A stretch of 64,000 bases of DNA. Source: the human T2T-CHM13v2.0 reference genome, Homo sapiens. This document shows positions 17,347-38,508 of this stretch, piece by piece. The translations under genes were made by a program, and so were the position numbers. Every line of letters begins with the position of its first letter. Within the stretch, counting starts at the first letter, position 1. Location of the stretch: the NCBI RefSeq assembly GCF_009914755.1, contig NC_060945.1. One strand, written 5' to 3'. Below the pieces are notes generated by a model. That model was given only the letters and a program-made list of their open reading frames with translations. It did not search any database and was not told the origin of the DNA.

Positions 17347-17576
17347 GAGAGAATCATGATGTTATTATAAGATGAGTTGTGCGCGGTGATGGCCGCCTGT
17401 AGTCGCGGCTACTCGGGAGGCTGAGACGAGGAGAAGATCACTTGAGGCCCCACAGGTCGAGGCTTCGGTCGGCCGTGACCCACTGTATCCTGGGCAGTCA
17501 CCGGTCAAGGAGATATGCCCCTTCCCCGTTTGCTTTTCTTTTCTTCCCTTCTCTTTTCTTCTTTTTGCTTCTCTTT

Positions 17577-17608
<32 letters not shown>

Positions 17609-17694
17609 TTTCTTTTTCTCTCTTCCCCTCTTTCTTTCCTGCCTTCCTGCCTTTCTTCTTTTCTTCTTTCCTCCCTTCCTCCCTTCCTTCTTTC

Positions 17695-18386
17695 CTCCCG
17701 CCTCAGCCTCCCAAAGTGCTGGGATGACTGGCGGGAGGCACCATGCCTGCTTGGCCCAAAGAGACCCTCTTGGAAAGTGAGACGCAGAGAGCGCCTTCCA
17801 GTGATCTCATTGACTGATTTAGAGACGGCATCTCGCTCCGTCACCCCGGCAGTGGTGCCGTCGTAACTCACTCCCTGCAGCGTGGACGCTCCTGGACTCG
17901 AGCGATCCTTCCACCTCAGCCTCCAGAGTACAGAGCCTGGGACCGCGGGCACGCGCCACTGTGCCCACACCGTTTTTAATTGTTTTTTTTTCCCCCGAGA
18001 CAGAGTTTCACTCTCGTGGCCTAGACTGCAGTGCGGTGGCGCGATCTTGGCTCACCGCAACCTCTGCCTCCCGGTTTCAAGCGATTCTCCTGCATCGGCC
18101 TCCTGAGTAGCCGGGATTGCGGGCATGCGCTGCCACGTCTGGCTGATTTCGTATTTTTAGTGGAGACGGGGCTTCTCCATGTCGATCGGGCTGGTTTCGA
18201 ACTCCCGACCTCAGGTGATCCGCCCTCCCCGGCCTCCGGAAGTGCTGGGATGACAGGCGTGAGCCACCGCGCCCGGCCTTCATTTTTAAATGTTTTCCCA
18301 CAGACGGGGTCTCATCATTTCTTTGCAACCCTCCTGCCCGGCGTCTCAAAGTGCTGGCGTGACGGGCGTGAGCCACTGCGCCTGGA
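17695..18386 (-). mobile_element. Cluster of minus-strand Alus: fragments plus one full element at ~17996-18278
   Basis: Repeated CTCAGCCTCCCAAAGTGCTGGG and GTGAGCCACCGCGCCCGGCC motifs. Confidence 0.88.
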
Positions 18387-18426
18387 CTCCGGGGAATGAC
18401 TCACGACCACCATCGCTCTACTGATC

Positions 18427-18481
<55 letters not shown>

Positions 18482-19502
18482 GATGAATTATCTTATGATT
18501 TATTTGTGTACTTATTTTCAGACGGAGTCTCGCTCTGGGCGGGGCGAGGCGAGGCGAGGCACAGCGCATCGCTTTGGAAGCCGCGGCAACGCCTTTCAAA
18601 GCCCCATTCGTATGCACAGAGCCTTATTCCCTTCCTGGAGTTGGAGCTGATGCCTTCCGTAGCCTTGGGCTTCTCTCCATTCGGAAGCTTTGACAGGCGC
18701 AACCCCACCCAGAGGCTGGCTGCGGCTGAGGATTAGGGGGTGTGTTGGGGCTGAAAACTGGGTCCCCTATTTTTGATACCTCAGCCGACACATCCCCCGA
18801 CCGCCATCGCTTGCTCGCCCTCTGAGATCCCCCGCCTCCACCGCCTTGCAGGCTCACCTCTTACTTTCATTTCTTCCTTTCTTGCGTTTGAGGAGGGGGT
18901 GCGGGAATGAGGGTGTGTGTGGGGAGGGGGTGCGGGGTGGGGACGGAGGGGAGCGTCCTAAGGGTCGATTTAGTGTCATGCCTCTTTCACCACCACCACC
19001 ACCACCACCGAAGATGACAGCAAGGATCGGCTAAATACCGCGTGTTCTCATCTAGAAGTGGGAACTTACAGATGACAGTTCTTGCATGGGCAGAACGAGG
19101 GGGACCGGGGACGCGGAAGTCTGCTTGAGGGAGGAGGGGTGGAAGGAGAGACAGCTTCAGGAAGAAAACAAAACACGAATACTGTCGGACACAGCACTGA
19201 CTACCCGGGTGATGAAATCATCTGCACACTGAACACCCCCGTCACAAGTTTACCTATGTCACAATCTTGCACATGTATGCTTGAACGACAAATAAAAGTT
19301 AGGGGGGAGAAGAGAGGAGAGAGAGAGAGAGAGAGAGACAGAGAGAGACAGAGAGAGAGAGAGAGGAGGGAGAGAGAAAACGAAACACCACCTCCTTGAC
19401 CTGAGTCAGGGGGTTTCTGGCCTTTTGGGAGAACGTTCAGCGACAATGCAGTATTTGGGCCCGTTCTTTTTTTTTCTTCTTCTTTTCTTTCTTTTTTTTT
19501 GG

Positions 19503-19766
19503 ACTGAGTCTCTCTCGCTCTGTCACCCAGGCTGCGGTGCGGTGGCGCTCTCTCGGCTCACTGAAACCTCTGCTTCCCGGGTTCCAGTGATTCTTCTTCG
19601 GTAGCTGGGATTACAGGCGCACACCATGACGGCCGGCTCATATTCCTATTTTCAGTAGAGACGGGGTTTCTCCACGTTGGCCACGCTGGTCTCGAACTCC
19701 TGACCTCAAATGATCCGCCTTCCTGGGCCTCCCAAAGTGCTGGAAACGACAGGCCTGAGCCGCCGG
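19503..19766 (-). mobile_element. Alu in long repeat 1; duplicate at ~23974-24237
   Basis: CTCGCTCTGTCACCCAGGCTG...GCTGGTCTCGAACTCCTGACCTC...CCTCCCAAAGTGCTGG. Confidence 0.88.
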
Positions 19767-20054
19767 GATTTCAGCCTTTAAAAGCGCGGGCCCTGCCACC
19801 TTTCGCTGTGGCCCTTACGCTCAGAATGACGTGTCCTCTCTGCCGTAGGTTGACTCCTTGAGTCCCCTAGGCCATTGCACTGTAGCCTGGGCAGCAAGAG
19901 CCAAACTCCGTCCCCCCACCTCCCCGCGCACATAATAACTAACTAACAAACTAACTAACTAACTAAACTAACTAAATAAATAAAATCTCTACACGTCACC
20001 TCTAAGTGTGTGTTCCCGTGAGGAGTGATTTCTAAGAAATGGCACTGTACACTG

Positions 20055-23140
<3,086 letters not shown>

Positions 23141-23397
23141 GTCAGACACCCCCGTGCCGGGTAGGGCCCTGCCCCTTCCACGAAAGTGAGAAGCGCGTGC
23201 TTCGGTGCTTAGAGAGGCCGAGAGGAATCTAGACAGGCGGGCCTTGCTGGGCTTCCCCACTCGGTGTATGATTTCGGGAGGTCGAGGCCGGGTCCCCGCT
23301 TGGATGCGAGGGGCATTTTCAGACTTTTCTCTCGGTCACGTGTGGCGTCCGTACTTCTCCTATTTCCCCGATAAGCTCCTCGACTTCAACATAAACG

Positions 23398-27856
<4,459 letters not shown>

Positions 27857-27862
27857 TGTTAA

Positions 27863-28065
27863 GGCCGGACGCAACACGGCGAAACCCCGTCTCTACTAAA
27901 AATACAAAGCTGAGTCGGGAGCGGTGGGGCAGGCCCCTGTAATGCCAGCTCCTCGGGAGGCTGAGGCGGGAGAATCGCTTGAACCAGGGAAGCGGAGGCT
28001 GCAGGGAGCCGAGATCGCGCCACTGCACTACGGCCCAGGCTGTAGAGTGAGTGAGACTCGGTCTC
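27863..28065 (+). mobile_element. Alu with most of the left arm deleted
   Basis: GAAACCCCGTCTCTACTAAAAATACAAA...GGAGGCTGAGGCGGGAGAATCGCTTGAACC. Confidence 0.88.
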
Positions 28066-29260
28066 TAAATAAATACGGAAATTAATTAATTCATTAATTC
28101 TTTTCCCTGCTGACGGACATTTGCAGGCAGGCATCGGTTGTCTTCGGGCATCACCTAGCGGCCACTGTTATTGAAAGTCGACGTGACACGGAGGGAGGTC
28201 TCGCCGACTTCACCGAGCCTGGGGCAACGGGTTTCTCTCTCTCCCTTCTGGAGGCCCCTCCCTCTCTCCCTCGTTGCCTAGGGAACCTCGCCTAGGGAAC
28301 CTCCGCCCTGGCGGGGGCCCTATTGTTCTTTGATCGGCGCTTTACTTTTCTTTGTGTTTTGGCGCCTAGACTCTTCTACTTGGGCTTTGGGAAGGGTCAG
28401 TTTAATTTTCAAGTTGCCCCCCGGCTCCCCCCACTACCCACGTCCCTTCACCTTAATTTAGTGAGTCGGTTAGGTGGGTTTCCCCCAAACCGCCCCCCCC
28501 CCCCCCCGCCTCCCAACACCCTGCTTGGAAACCTTCCAGAGCCACCCCGGTGTGCCTCCGTCTTCTCTCCCCTTCCCCCACCCCTTGCCGGCGATCTCAT
28601 TCTTGCCAGGCTGACATTTGCATCGGTGGGCGTCAGGCCTCACTCGGGGGCCACCGTTTTTGAAGATGGGGGCGGCACGGTCCCACTTCCCCGGAGGCAG
28701 CTTGGGCCGATGGCATAGCCCCTTGACCCGCGTGGGCAAGCGGGCGGGTCTGCAGTTGTGAGGCTTTTCCCCCCGCTGCTTCCCGCCTCAGGCCTCCCTC
28801 CCTAGGAAAGCTTCACCCTGGCTGGGTCTCGGTCACCTTTTATCACGATGTTTTAGTTTCTCCGCCCTCCGGCCAGCAGAGTTTCACAATGCGAAGGGCG
28901 CCACGGCTCTAGTCTGGGCCTTCTCAGTACTTGCCCAAAATAGAAACGCTTTCTGAAAACTAATAACTTTGCTCACTTAAGATTTCCAGGGACGGCGCCT
29001 TGGCCCGTGTTTGTTGGCTTGTTTTGTTTCGTTCTGTTTTGTTTTGTTCGTGTTTTTCCTTTCTCGTATGTCTTTCTTTTCAGGTGAAGTAGAAATCCCC
29101 AGTTTTCAGGAAGACGTCTATTTTCCCCAAGACACGTTAGCTGCCGTTTTTTCCTGTTGTGAACTAGCGCTTTTGTGACTCTCTCAACGTGCAGTGAGAG
29201 CCGGTTGATGTTTACTATCCTTCATCATGACATCTTATTTTCTAGAAATCCGTAGGCGAA

Positions 29261-29347
29261 TGCTGCTGCTGCTCTTGTTGCTGTTGTTGTTGTTGTTGTT
29301 GTCGTCGTTGCTGTTGTCGTTGTCGTTGTTGTTGTCGTTGTCGTTGT
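29261..29347. repeat. Interrupted trinucleotide tract (GCT/GTT/GTC)n
   Basis: Direct inspection. Confidence 0.9.
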
Positions 29348-29425
29348 TTTCAAAGTATACCCCGGCCACCGTTTATGGGATCAAAAGCATTATAAAATAT
29401 GTGTGATTATTTCTTGAGCACGCCC

Positions 29426-30021
29426 TTCCTCCCCCTCTCTCTGTCTCTCTGTCTGTCTCTGTCTCTCTCTTTCTCTGTCTGTCTTCTCTCTCTCTCTCTC
29501 TCTGTGTCTCTCTCTCTCTGCCTGTCTGTTTCTCTCTCTCTGCCTCTCTCTCTCTCTCTCTCTCTGCCTGTCTCTCTCACTGTGTCTGTCTTCTGTCTTA
29601 CTCCCTTTCTCTGTCTGTCTGTCGGTCTCTCTCTCTCTCTCTCCCTGTCTGTATGTTTCTCTCTGTCTCTGTCTCTCTCTCTCTTTCTGTTTCTCTCTCT
29701 CCGTCTCTGTCTTTCTCTGACTGTCTCTCTCTTTCCTTCTCTCTGTCTCTCTCTGCCTGTCTCTCTCACTCTGTCTTCTGTCTTACTCTCTCTCTCTGCC
29801 TGCCTGTCTCTCTCACTCTCTCTCTCTGTGTGTCTCTCTCTCTCTTTCTGTTTCTCTCTGTCTCTCTGTCCGTCTCTGTCTTTCTCTGTCTGTCTCTTTG
29901 TCTGTCTGTCTTTGTCTTTCCTTCTCTCTGTCTCTGTCTCTCTCACTGTGTCTGTCTTCTGTCTTAGTCTCTCTCTCTCTCTCTCCCTGTCTGTCTGTCT
30001 CTCTCTCTCTCTCCCCCTGTC

Positions 30022-30064
<43 letters not shown>

Positions 30065-30593
30065 TTGTCTTTCTTTCTGTCTCTGTCTCTCTCTCTCTCT
30101 CTGTGTGTCTGTCTTCTGTCTTACTGTCTTTCTCTGCCTGTCTGTCTGTCTGTCTCTCTCTGTCTGTCTCTCTCTCTCTCTCCCCCCTGTCGGCTGTTTC
30201 TCTGTCTCTGTCTGTGTCTCTCTTTCTGTCTGTTTCTCTCTGTCTGTCTTTCTCTCTCTGTCTCTTTCTCTCTGTCTCTCTGTCTGTCTCTGTCTCTCTC
30301 TCTGTCTCTCTCTCTCTGTGGGGGTGTGTGTGTGTGTGTGTATGTGTGTGTGTGTGTGTGTGTGTGTCTGCCTTCTGTCTTACTCTCTTTCTCTGCCTGT
30401 CTGTCTGCCTGTCTGTTTGTCTCTCTCTCTCTGCCTGTCTCTCTCCCTTCCTGTCTGTTTCTCTCTCTTTCTGTTTCTCTCTGTCTCTGTCCATCTCTGT
30501 CTTTCTCCGTCTGTCTCTTTATCTGTCTCTCTCTCTCTTTCTGTCTTTCTCTCTCTGTGTATCGTTGTCTCTCTCTGTCTGTCTCTGTCTCTG

Positions 30594-30626
<33 letters not shown>

Positions 30627-30683
30627 GTCTGTCTGTCCGTCTGTCTGTCTCGGTCTCTGGCTCTCGCTATCTCCCGCCCTCTC
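29426..30683 (+). repeat. CT-rich block 3 with an embedded (TG)n at ~30324-30366
   Basis: Same sub-motifs as blocks 1 and 2. Confidence 0.95.
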
Positions 30684-31969
30684 TTTTTTTGCAAAAGAAG
30701 CTCAAGTACATCTAATCTAATCCCTTACCAAGGCCTGAATTCTTCACTTCTGACATCCCAGATTTGATCTCCCTACAGAATGCTGTACAGAACTGGCGAG
30801 TTGATTTCTGGACTTGGATACCTCATAGAAACTACATATGAATAAAGATCCAATCCTAAAATCTGGGGTGGCTTCTCCCTCGACTGTCTCGAAAAATCGT
30901 ACCTCTGTTCCCCTAGGATGCCGGAAGAGTTTTCTCAATGTGCATCTGCCCGTGTCCTAAGTGATCTGTGACCGAGCCCTGTCCGTCCTGTCTCAAATAT
31001 GTACGTGCAAACACTTCTCTCCATTTCCACAACTACCCACGGCCCCTTGTGGAACCACTGGCTCTTTGAAAAAAATCCCAGAAGTGGTTTTGGCTTTTTG
31101 GCTAGGAGGCCTAAGCCTGCTGAGAACTTTCCTGCCCAGGATCCTGTGTGACCAAAAGTGCCTCTGCTGGGAGCTGGGATCCTCGGGACCATGCTTGCTA
31201 GCGCTGGATGAGTCTCTGGAAGGACGCACGGGACTCCGCAAAGCTGACCTGTCCCACCGAGGTCAAATGGATACCTCTGCATTGGCCCGAGGCCTCCGAA
31301 GTACATCACCGTCACCAACCGTCACCGTCAGCATCCTTGTGAGCCTGCCCAAGGCCCCGCCTCCGGGGAGACTCTTGGGAGCCCGGCCTTCGTCGGCTAA
31401 AGTCCAAAGGGATGGTGACTTCCACCCACAAGGTCCCCACTGAACGGCGAAGATGTGGAGCGTAGGTCAGAGAGGGGACCAGGAGGGGAGACGTCCCGAC
31501 AGGCGACGAGTTCCCAAGGCTCTGGCCACCCCACCCACGCCCCACGCCCCACGTCCCGGGCACCCGCGGGACACCGCCGCTTTATCCCCTCCTCTGTCCA
31601 CAGCCGGCCCCACCCCACCACGCAACCCACGCACACACGCTGGAGGTTCCAAAACCACACGGTGTGACTAGAGCCTGACGGAGCGAGAGCCCATTTCACG
31701 AGGTGGGAGGGGTGGGGGTGGGGTGGGTTGGGGGTTGTGGGGTCTGTGGCGAGCCCGATTCTCCCTCTTGGGTGGCTACAGGCTAGAAATGAATATCGCT
31801 TCTTGGGCGGAGGGGCTTCCTTAGGCCATCACCGCTTGCGGGACTACCTCTCAAACCCTCCCTTGAGGCCACAAAATAGATTCCACCCCACCCATCGACG
31901 TTTCCCCCGGGTGCTGGATGTATCCTGTCAAGAGACCTGAGCCTGACACCGTCGAATTAAACACCTTGA

Positions 31970-32194
<225 letters not shown>

Positions 32195-33004
32195 TAGATT
32201 CGAGCCACACCTCATTCCGTGCCACAGAGAGACTTCTTTTTTTTTTTTTTTTTAAGCGCAACGCAACATGTCTGCCTTATTTGAGTGGCTTCCTATATCA
32301 TTATAATTGTGTTATAGATGAAGAAACGGTATTAAACACTGTGCTAATGATAGTGAAAGTGAAGACAAAAGAAAGGCTATCTATTTTGTGGTTAGAATAA
32401 AGTTGCTCAGTATTTAGAGCTACCTAAATACGTCAGCATTTACACTCTTCCTAGTAAAAGCTGGCCAATCTGAATAATCCTCCTTTAAACAAACACAATT
32501 TTTGATAGGGTTAAGATTTTTTTAAGAATGCGACTCCTGCAAAATAGCTGAACAGACGATACACATTTAAAAAAATAACAACACAAGGATCAACCAGACT
32601 TGGGAAAAAATCGAAAACCACACAAGTCTTATGAAGAACTGAGTTCTTAAAATAGGACGGAGAACGTAGCTATCGGAAGAGAAGGCAGTATTGGCAAGTT
32701 GATTGTTACGTTGGTCAGCAGTAGCTGGCACTATCTTTTTGGCCATCTTTCGGGCAATGTAACTACTACAGCAAAATGAGATATGATCCATTAAACAACA
32801 TATTCGCAAATCAAAAAGTGTTTCAGTAATATAATGCTTCAGATTTAGAAGCAAATCAAATGATAGAACTCCACTGCTGTAATAAGTCACCCCAAAGATC
32901 ACCGTATCTGACAAAATAACTACCACAGGGTTATGACTTCAGAATCATACTTTCTCTTGATATTTACTTATGTATGTATTTATTTTTTTTAATTTATTTC
33001 TCTT

Positions 33005-33285
33005 GAGACGGCGTCTCGCTCTGTCGCCCAGGCTGGAGTGCGATGGTGTGATCTCGGCTCACTGCAACCGCCACCTCCCTGGGTTCAAGCGATTCTCCTG
33101 CCTCAGCCTCCCGAGTAGCTGGGACTACAGGTGCCCGCCACCACGCCCAGCTAATCTTTATACTTTTAATAGAGACGGGGTTTCACCGTGTCGGCCCGGA
33201 TGGTCTCGATCTCTTGACCTCGTGACCCGCCCGCCTCGGCCTCCCAAAGTGCTGGGATGACAGGCGTGAGCCACTGAGCCCGGCC
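33005..33285 (-). mobile_element. Full-length Alu with A-rich tail (32961-33004) and candidate TSD TTCTCTTGA (32952-32960 / 33286-33294)
   Basis: Canonical Alu sequence flanked by a 9-bp direct repeat. Confidence 0.92.
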
Positions 33286-33974
33286 TTCTCTTGACGTTTA
33301 AACTATGAAGTCAGTCCAGAGAAACGCAATAAATGTCAACGGTGAGGATGGTGTTGAGGCAGAAGTAGGACCACACTTTTTCCTATCTTATTCAGTTGAT
33401 AACAATATGACCTAGGTAGTAATTTCCTATGTGCCTACTTATACACGAGTACAAAAGAGTAAAACAGAGAGACTGCTAAATTAAAGGGTACGTGAAGTTC
33501 TTCATAGTAACTCCGTAAACTGGAACACTGTCAAAAAGCAGCAGCTAGTGAATTGTTTCCATGTATTTTTCTATGATCCAATAAGTGAACTATGCTATTC
33601 CTTTCCAGTCTCCCAAGCACTTCTTGTCCCCATCACCACTTCGGTGCTCGAAGAAAAAGTAACAAATCAAGGAACACAACTAAAGAAACACACACACAAA
33701 CCAAAGACAACTACAGCGTCTGCAAAAGTTTGCTAGAAGACTGAAACTGTTGAGTATAAGGATCTGGTATTCTACGATCATGAGTTCACTTCAGAGTTTG
33801 TTCAAGACATACGTTTCGTAAGGAAACATCTTAGTTAGAAGTTATTCAGCAGTAGGTACCATCCCTAAGTATTTTTCACCAAATTCGTGACAATAAAGAG
33901 CTATCTAACCAGAAAAATTAGCGAGTACCGGCACCATCCATAGGGCTTTGTCTTTACGCTTCATTAGCACTTAC

Positions 33975-35904
33975 CATGCCTTACAATGTCTAGGATTGAC
34001 CCTGATAGCATTTCGAAAACAAGCTAATGCTTTGTCCAGTTCTTCAGTGAAGACAAGCTCACGCCCTAATGCGCTATAGGCATAAGCATCATTTGGATCC
34101 ACTTCGAGAGTTCTCTGGAAGAATTGAATCGCAATATCGTGTTCCCGTTGCAGACCGAAACAGTTCCCTGCAGCACACCAGGCCTCTGGCTGGCGAATTT
34201 TTATCCATGTCTGTGAAGTCTTTGGACAGAACTGAAAGAGCAACCTCTTTCGGAGGATGCCAAAGTGTTGTAGAGTAGATCTCCATGCCTTCGACTCTGT
34301 AATTCTCAATCCTCCTAACCTCTGAGAATTGTCTTTCAGCTTGCGTGGACTCTGAAAGTTTACAATAGGCCCTTCCGATTTGGCACAGTACCCAACCGGT
34401 ATTGCGGTGGTGAGAAGCTAGATGGCTCAAGATGCTGATAGCTTCTTTGCCGTGGTAAGAACACAAAGCTAAATAACCTTTCCCCCTTTCACGAAGAAGG
34501 CTCATCAAGCCTTCCGCTGCTGCTTTTTGTAGATTAAAAGCCTGAATCTGAGGCGCGATTGCGGCTATTTTCCCTTCTGAAATGACGGAAGAGTCCAATT
34601 TTGTCACTTCCAGGCTATCACTTATGTTCGGTGGAGTTATTGCTCCTTTATTAGTTTTACTTTTGGTTCTTCTGTTTGGGATTTTAGGTGGAAACTTCAT
34701 TTTTAATTTTCTCCTATTCTCCTCGGTTGTGGAGCTGTCACTAGTCAAGAGTCGTGAATGTCTTCGAGGCGGTGCATTTGGGGGAGATGCCATAGTGGGG
34801 CTCAATACCTGAGGTGTTGCCCTTGTCGGCGGACCAGAACTTTGTGTTTTTGCAAGGACTGGAGTTACCTTTCGGCTCTTTCCCCTCTGCGAGAAGACAG
34901 ACGGTGTTCCGGTTTGGCCGATTCTGGCAACAGGCTTTTTTGAAGGGGCTCCGGTGGATGGCACGTCAATGACAGACGGTGTCTCATACCAGTGCAGTTT
35001 TGTCAATAGGGTCCGTCTCCGGGACTTGGGGTTTCTAATGGCAAAATGCCAACACTTGGGGTTAATGGACTAACAGCTGCTGGTCCTCCTAATAAACTTC
35101 GACCAGTTTTTGGTTTATGTTGAACCTGTTTAGATCATATGGAAGTTCCTGTTCCCAGTGGGACAGTATCAGGTGAAAGGACAGCTGAATCGATAGAAGA
35201 CACTGGGGAGTCTGTATTCAAGGAGTACTTTGAATTGGAAGATTCTAAATTCCATCCGTTTCATTCGACGGTGTCCTGGGGTGTTTCCGTAAGAACGGTC
35301 TCGGGCTGTCTGTGACATAAACTAGGACGAGGTCCAAGTGTTGTGGCGCAACACTTGGACAGGCAGTTGCTAAAGCTCTCTAGAGAGGTGAATCAAAATG
35401 TTTGGTCAGGATCTGGCTTTTCCCCCCTATTTCACATCATGATTCAAAGGGACACCAGAGGAAAGGATTTCAACGAAGGCTCTTTTGGTCACATTCTGAT
35501 CCTTTGGTAAGCCGATCTGTCTTGCAATATACATGTCCCGACGATGGAAGGGGAAAGCGAGCTGAATCACCAAACTCAGGAACGATAATATCATCGTGGC
35601 TTTTCTGCTTATGAAACACTCCACCCGATAAGATTTGATCCCCTTCTGCAAGCTTGCTGAGATCAACACAACATTTCGCAAGCAGGCATTTGCATTGCGG
35701 GGTAGTACAACTGTGTCCTTTCAAGAGTCTATATGTTTTATAGGCCTTTCCTGAGCGGTAAGAACAGGTCGCCAGTAAGAACAAGGCTTCTTCTGAGTGT
35801 ACTTCTGCATAAAGGCGTTCTGCGGGGGAAACCGCATCTCGGTAGGCATAGTGGTTTAGTGCTTGCCATATAGCAGCCTGGACGGGTCCCTGCAGCACCG
35901 CCAT
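33975..35904 (-). pseudogene. CDC27P: CDC27 (APC3) processed pseudogene, N-terminal portion through part of the TPR region, frameshifted; 5'UTR-like sequence extends to ~36032
   Basis: Fragments MAVLQGPVQAAIWQALNHYAYRDA..., QAFNLQKAAAEGLMSLLRE, PEAWCAAGNCFGLQREHDIAIQFFQR, CFRNAIRVNPRH match CDC27; intronless and split over several frames. Confidence 0.95.
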
Positions 35905-36557
35905 CCTCGAGGCTCAGGCCCACTTTCTGCAGTGCCACAGGCACCCCCCCCCCCCATAGCGGCTCCGGCCCGGCCAGCCCCGGCTCATTTAAAGGCACCA
36001 GCCGCCGTTACCGGGGGATGGGGGAGTCCGAGACAGAATGACTTCTTTATCCTGCTGACTCTGGAAAGCCCGGCGCCTTGTGATCCATTGCAAACCGAGA
36101 GTCACCTCGTGTTTAGAACACGGATCCACTCCCAAGTTCAGTGGGGGGATGTGAGGGGTGTGGCAGGTAGGACGAAGGACTCTCTTCCTTCTGATTCGGT
36201 CTGCACAGTGGGGCCTAGGGCTGGAGCTCTCTCCGTGCGGACCGCTGACTCCCTCTACCTTGGGTTCCCTCGGCCCCACCCTGGAACGCCGGGCCTTGGC
36301 AGATTCTGGCCCTTCCTGGCCCTTCAGTCGCTGTCAGAAACCCCATCTCATGCTCGGATGCCCCGAGTGACTGTGGCTCGCACCTCTCCGGAAACATTGG
36401 AAATCTCTCCTCTACGCGCGGCCACCTGAAACCACAGGAGCTCGGGACACACGTGCTTTCGGGAGAGAATGCTGAGAGTCTCTTGCCGACTCTCTCTTGA
36501 CTTGAGTTCTTCGTGGGTGCGTGGTTAAGACGTAGTGAGACCAGATGTATTAACTCA

Positions 36558-36720
36558 GGCCGGGTGCTGGTGGCTCACGCCTGTAACCCCAACACTTTGG
36601 GAGGCCGAGGCCGTAGGATCCCTCGAGGAATCGCCTAACCCTGGGGAGGTTGAGGTTGCAGTGAGTGAGCCATAGTTGTGTCACTGTGCTCCAGTCTGGG
36701 CGAAAGACAGAATGAGGCCC
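36558..36720 (+). mobile_element. Alu monomer-length / internally deleted element
   Basis: GGCCGGGTGCTGGTGGCTCACGCCTGTAA...GAGGTTGCAGTGAG...CTCCAGTCTGGGCGA. Confidence 0.8.
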
Positions 36721-36822
36721 TGCCACAGGCAGGCAGGCAGGCAGGCAGGCAGAAAGACAACAGCTGTATTATGTTCTTCTCAGGGTAGGAAGCAAAAATA
36801 ACAGAATACAGCACTTAATTAA

Positions 36823-37705
<883 letters not shown>

Positions 37706-38508
37706 CCCCCCCTTTCCCCTTCCCCCGCTTGTCTTCCCGACAGACAGTTTCACGGCAGAGCGTTTGGCTGGCGTGCTTAAACTCATTCTAAATAGAAATT
37801 TGGGACGTCAGCTTCTGGCCTCACGGACTCTGAGCCGAGGAGTCCCCTGGTCTGTCTATCACAGGACCGTACACGTAAGGAGGAGAAAAATCGTAACGTT
37901 CAAAGTCAGTCATTTTGTGATACAGAAATACACGGATTCACCCAAAACACAGAAAGCAGTCTTTTAGAAATGGCCTTAGCCCTGGTGTCCGTGCCAGTGA
38001 TTCTTTTCGGTTTGGACCTTGACTGAGAGGATTCCCAGTCGGTCTCTCGTCTCTGGACGGAAGTTCCAGATGATCCGATGGGTGGGGGACTTAGGCTGCG
38101 TCCCCCCAGGAGCCCTGGTCGATTAGTTGTGGGGATCGCCTTGGAGGGCGCGGTGACCCACTGTGCTGTGGGAGCCTCCATCCTTCCCCCCACCCCCTCC
38201 CCAGGGGATCCCAATTCATTCCGGGCTGACACGCTCACTGGCAGGCGTCGGGCATCACCTAGCGGTCACTGTTACTCTGAAAACGGAGGCCTCACAGAGG
38301 AAGGGAGCACCAGGCCGCCTGCGCACAGCCTGGGGCAACTGTGTCTTCTCCACCGCCCCCGCCCCCACCTCCAAGTTCCTCCCTCCCTTGTTGCCTAGGA
38401 AATCGCCACTTTGACGACCGGGTCTGATTGACCTTTGATCAGGCAAAAACGAACAAACAGATAAATAAATAAAATAACACAAAAGTAACTAACTAAATAA
38501 AATAAGTC

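Noticed and set aside
28276-28303. 14-bp tandem duplication GCCTAGGGAACCTC x2
   Set aside because: Real, but most simply a local slippage event within the duplicated module already reported
29261-29347. Minus-strand CAA/CAG tract as a poly-Gln coding segment
   Set aside because: No supporting ORF of 60 aa or more or splice context; simple repeat
30690-31200. Non-repetitive stretch after CT block 3 that might be a decayed retrocopy or LTR fragment
   Set aside because: I could not recognise a family, TSD or reading frame; needs RepeatMasker or BLAST
33971-35904. CDC27-like ORFs (144, 305 and 112 aa) as a functional gene
   Set aside because: Frameshifted, substituted at conserved residues, and lacking the C-terminal part of CDC27
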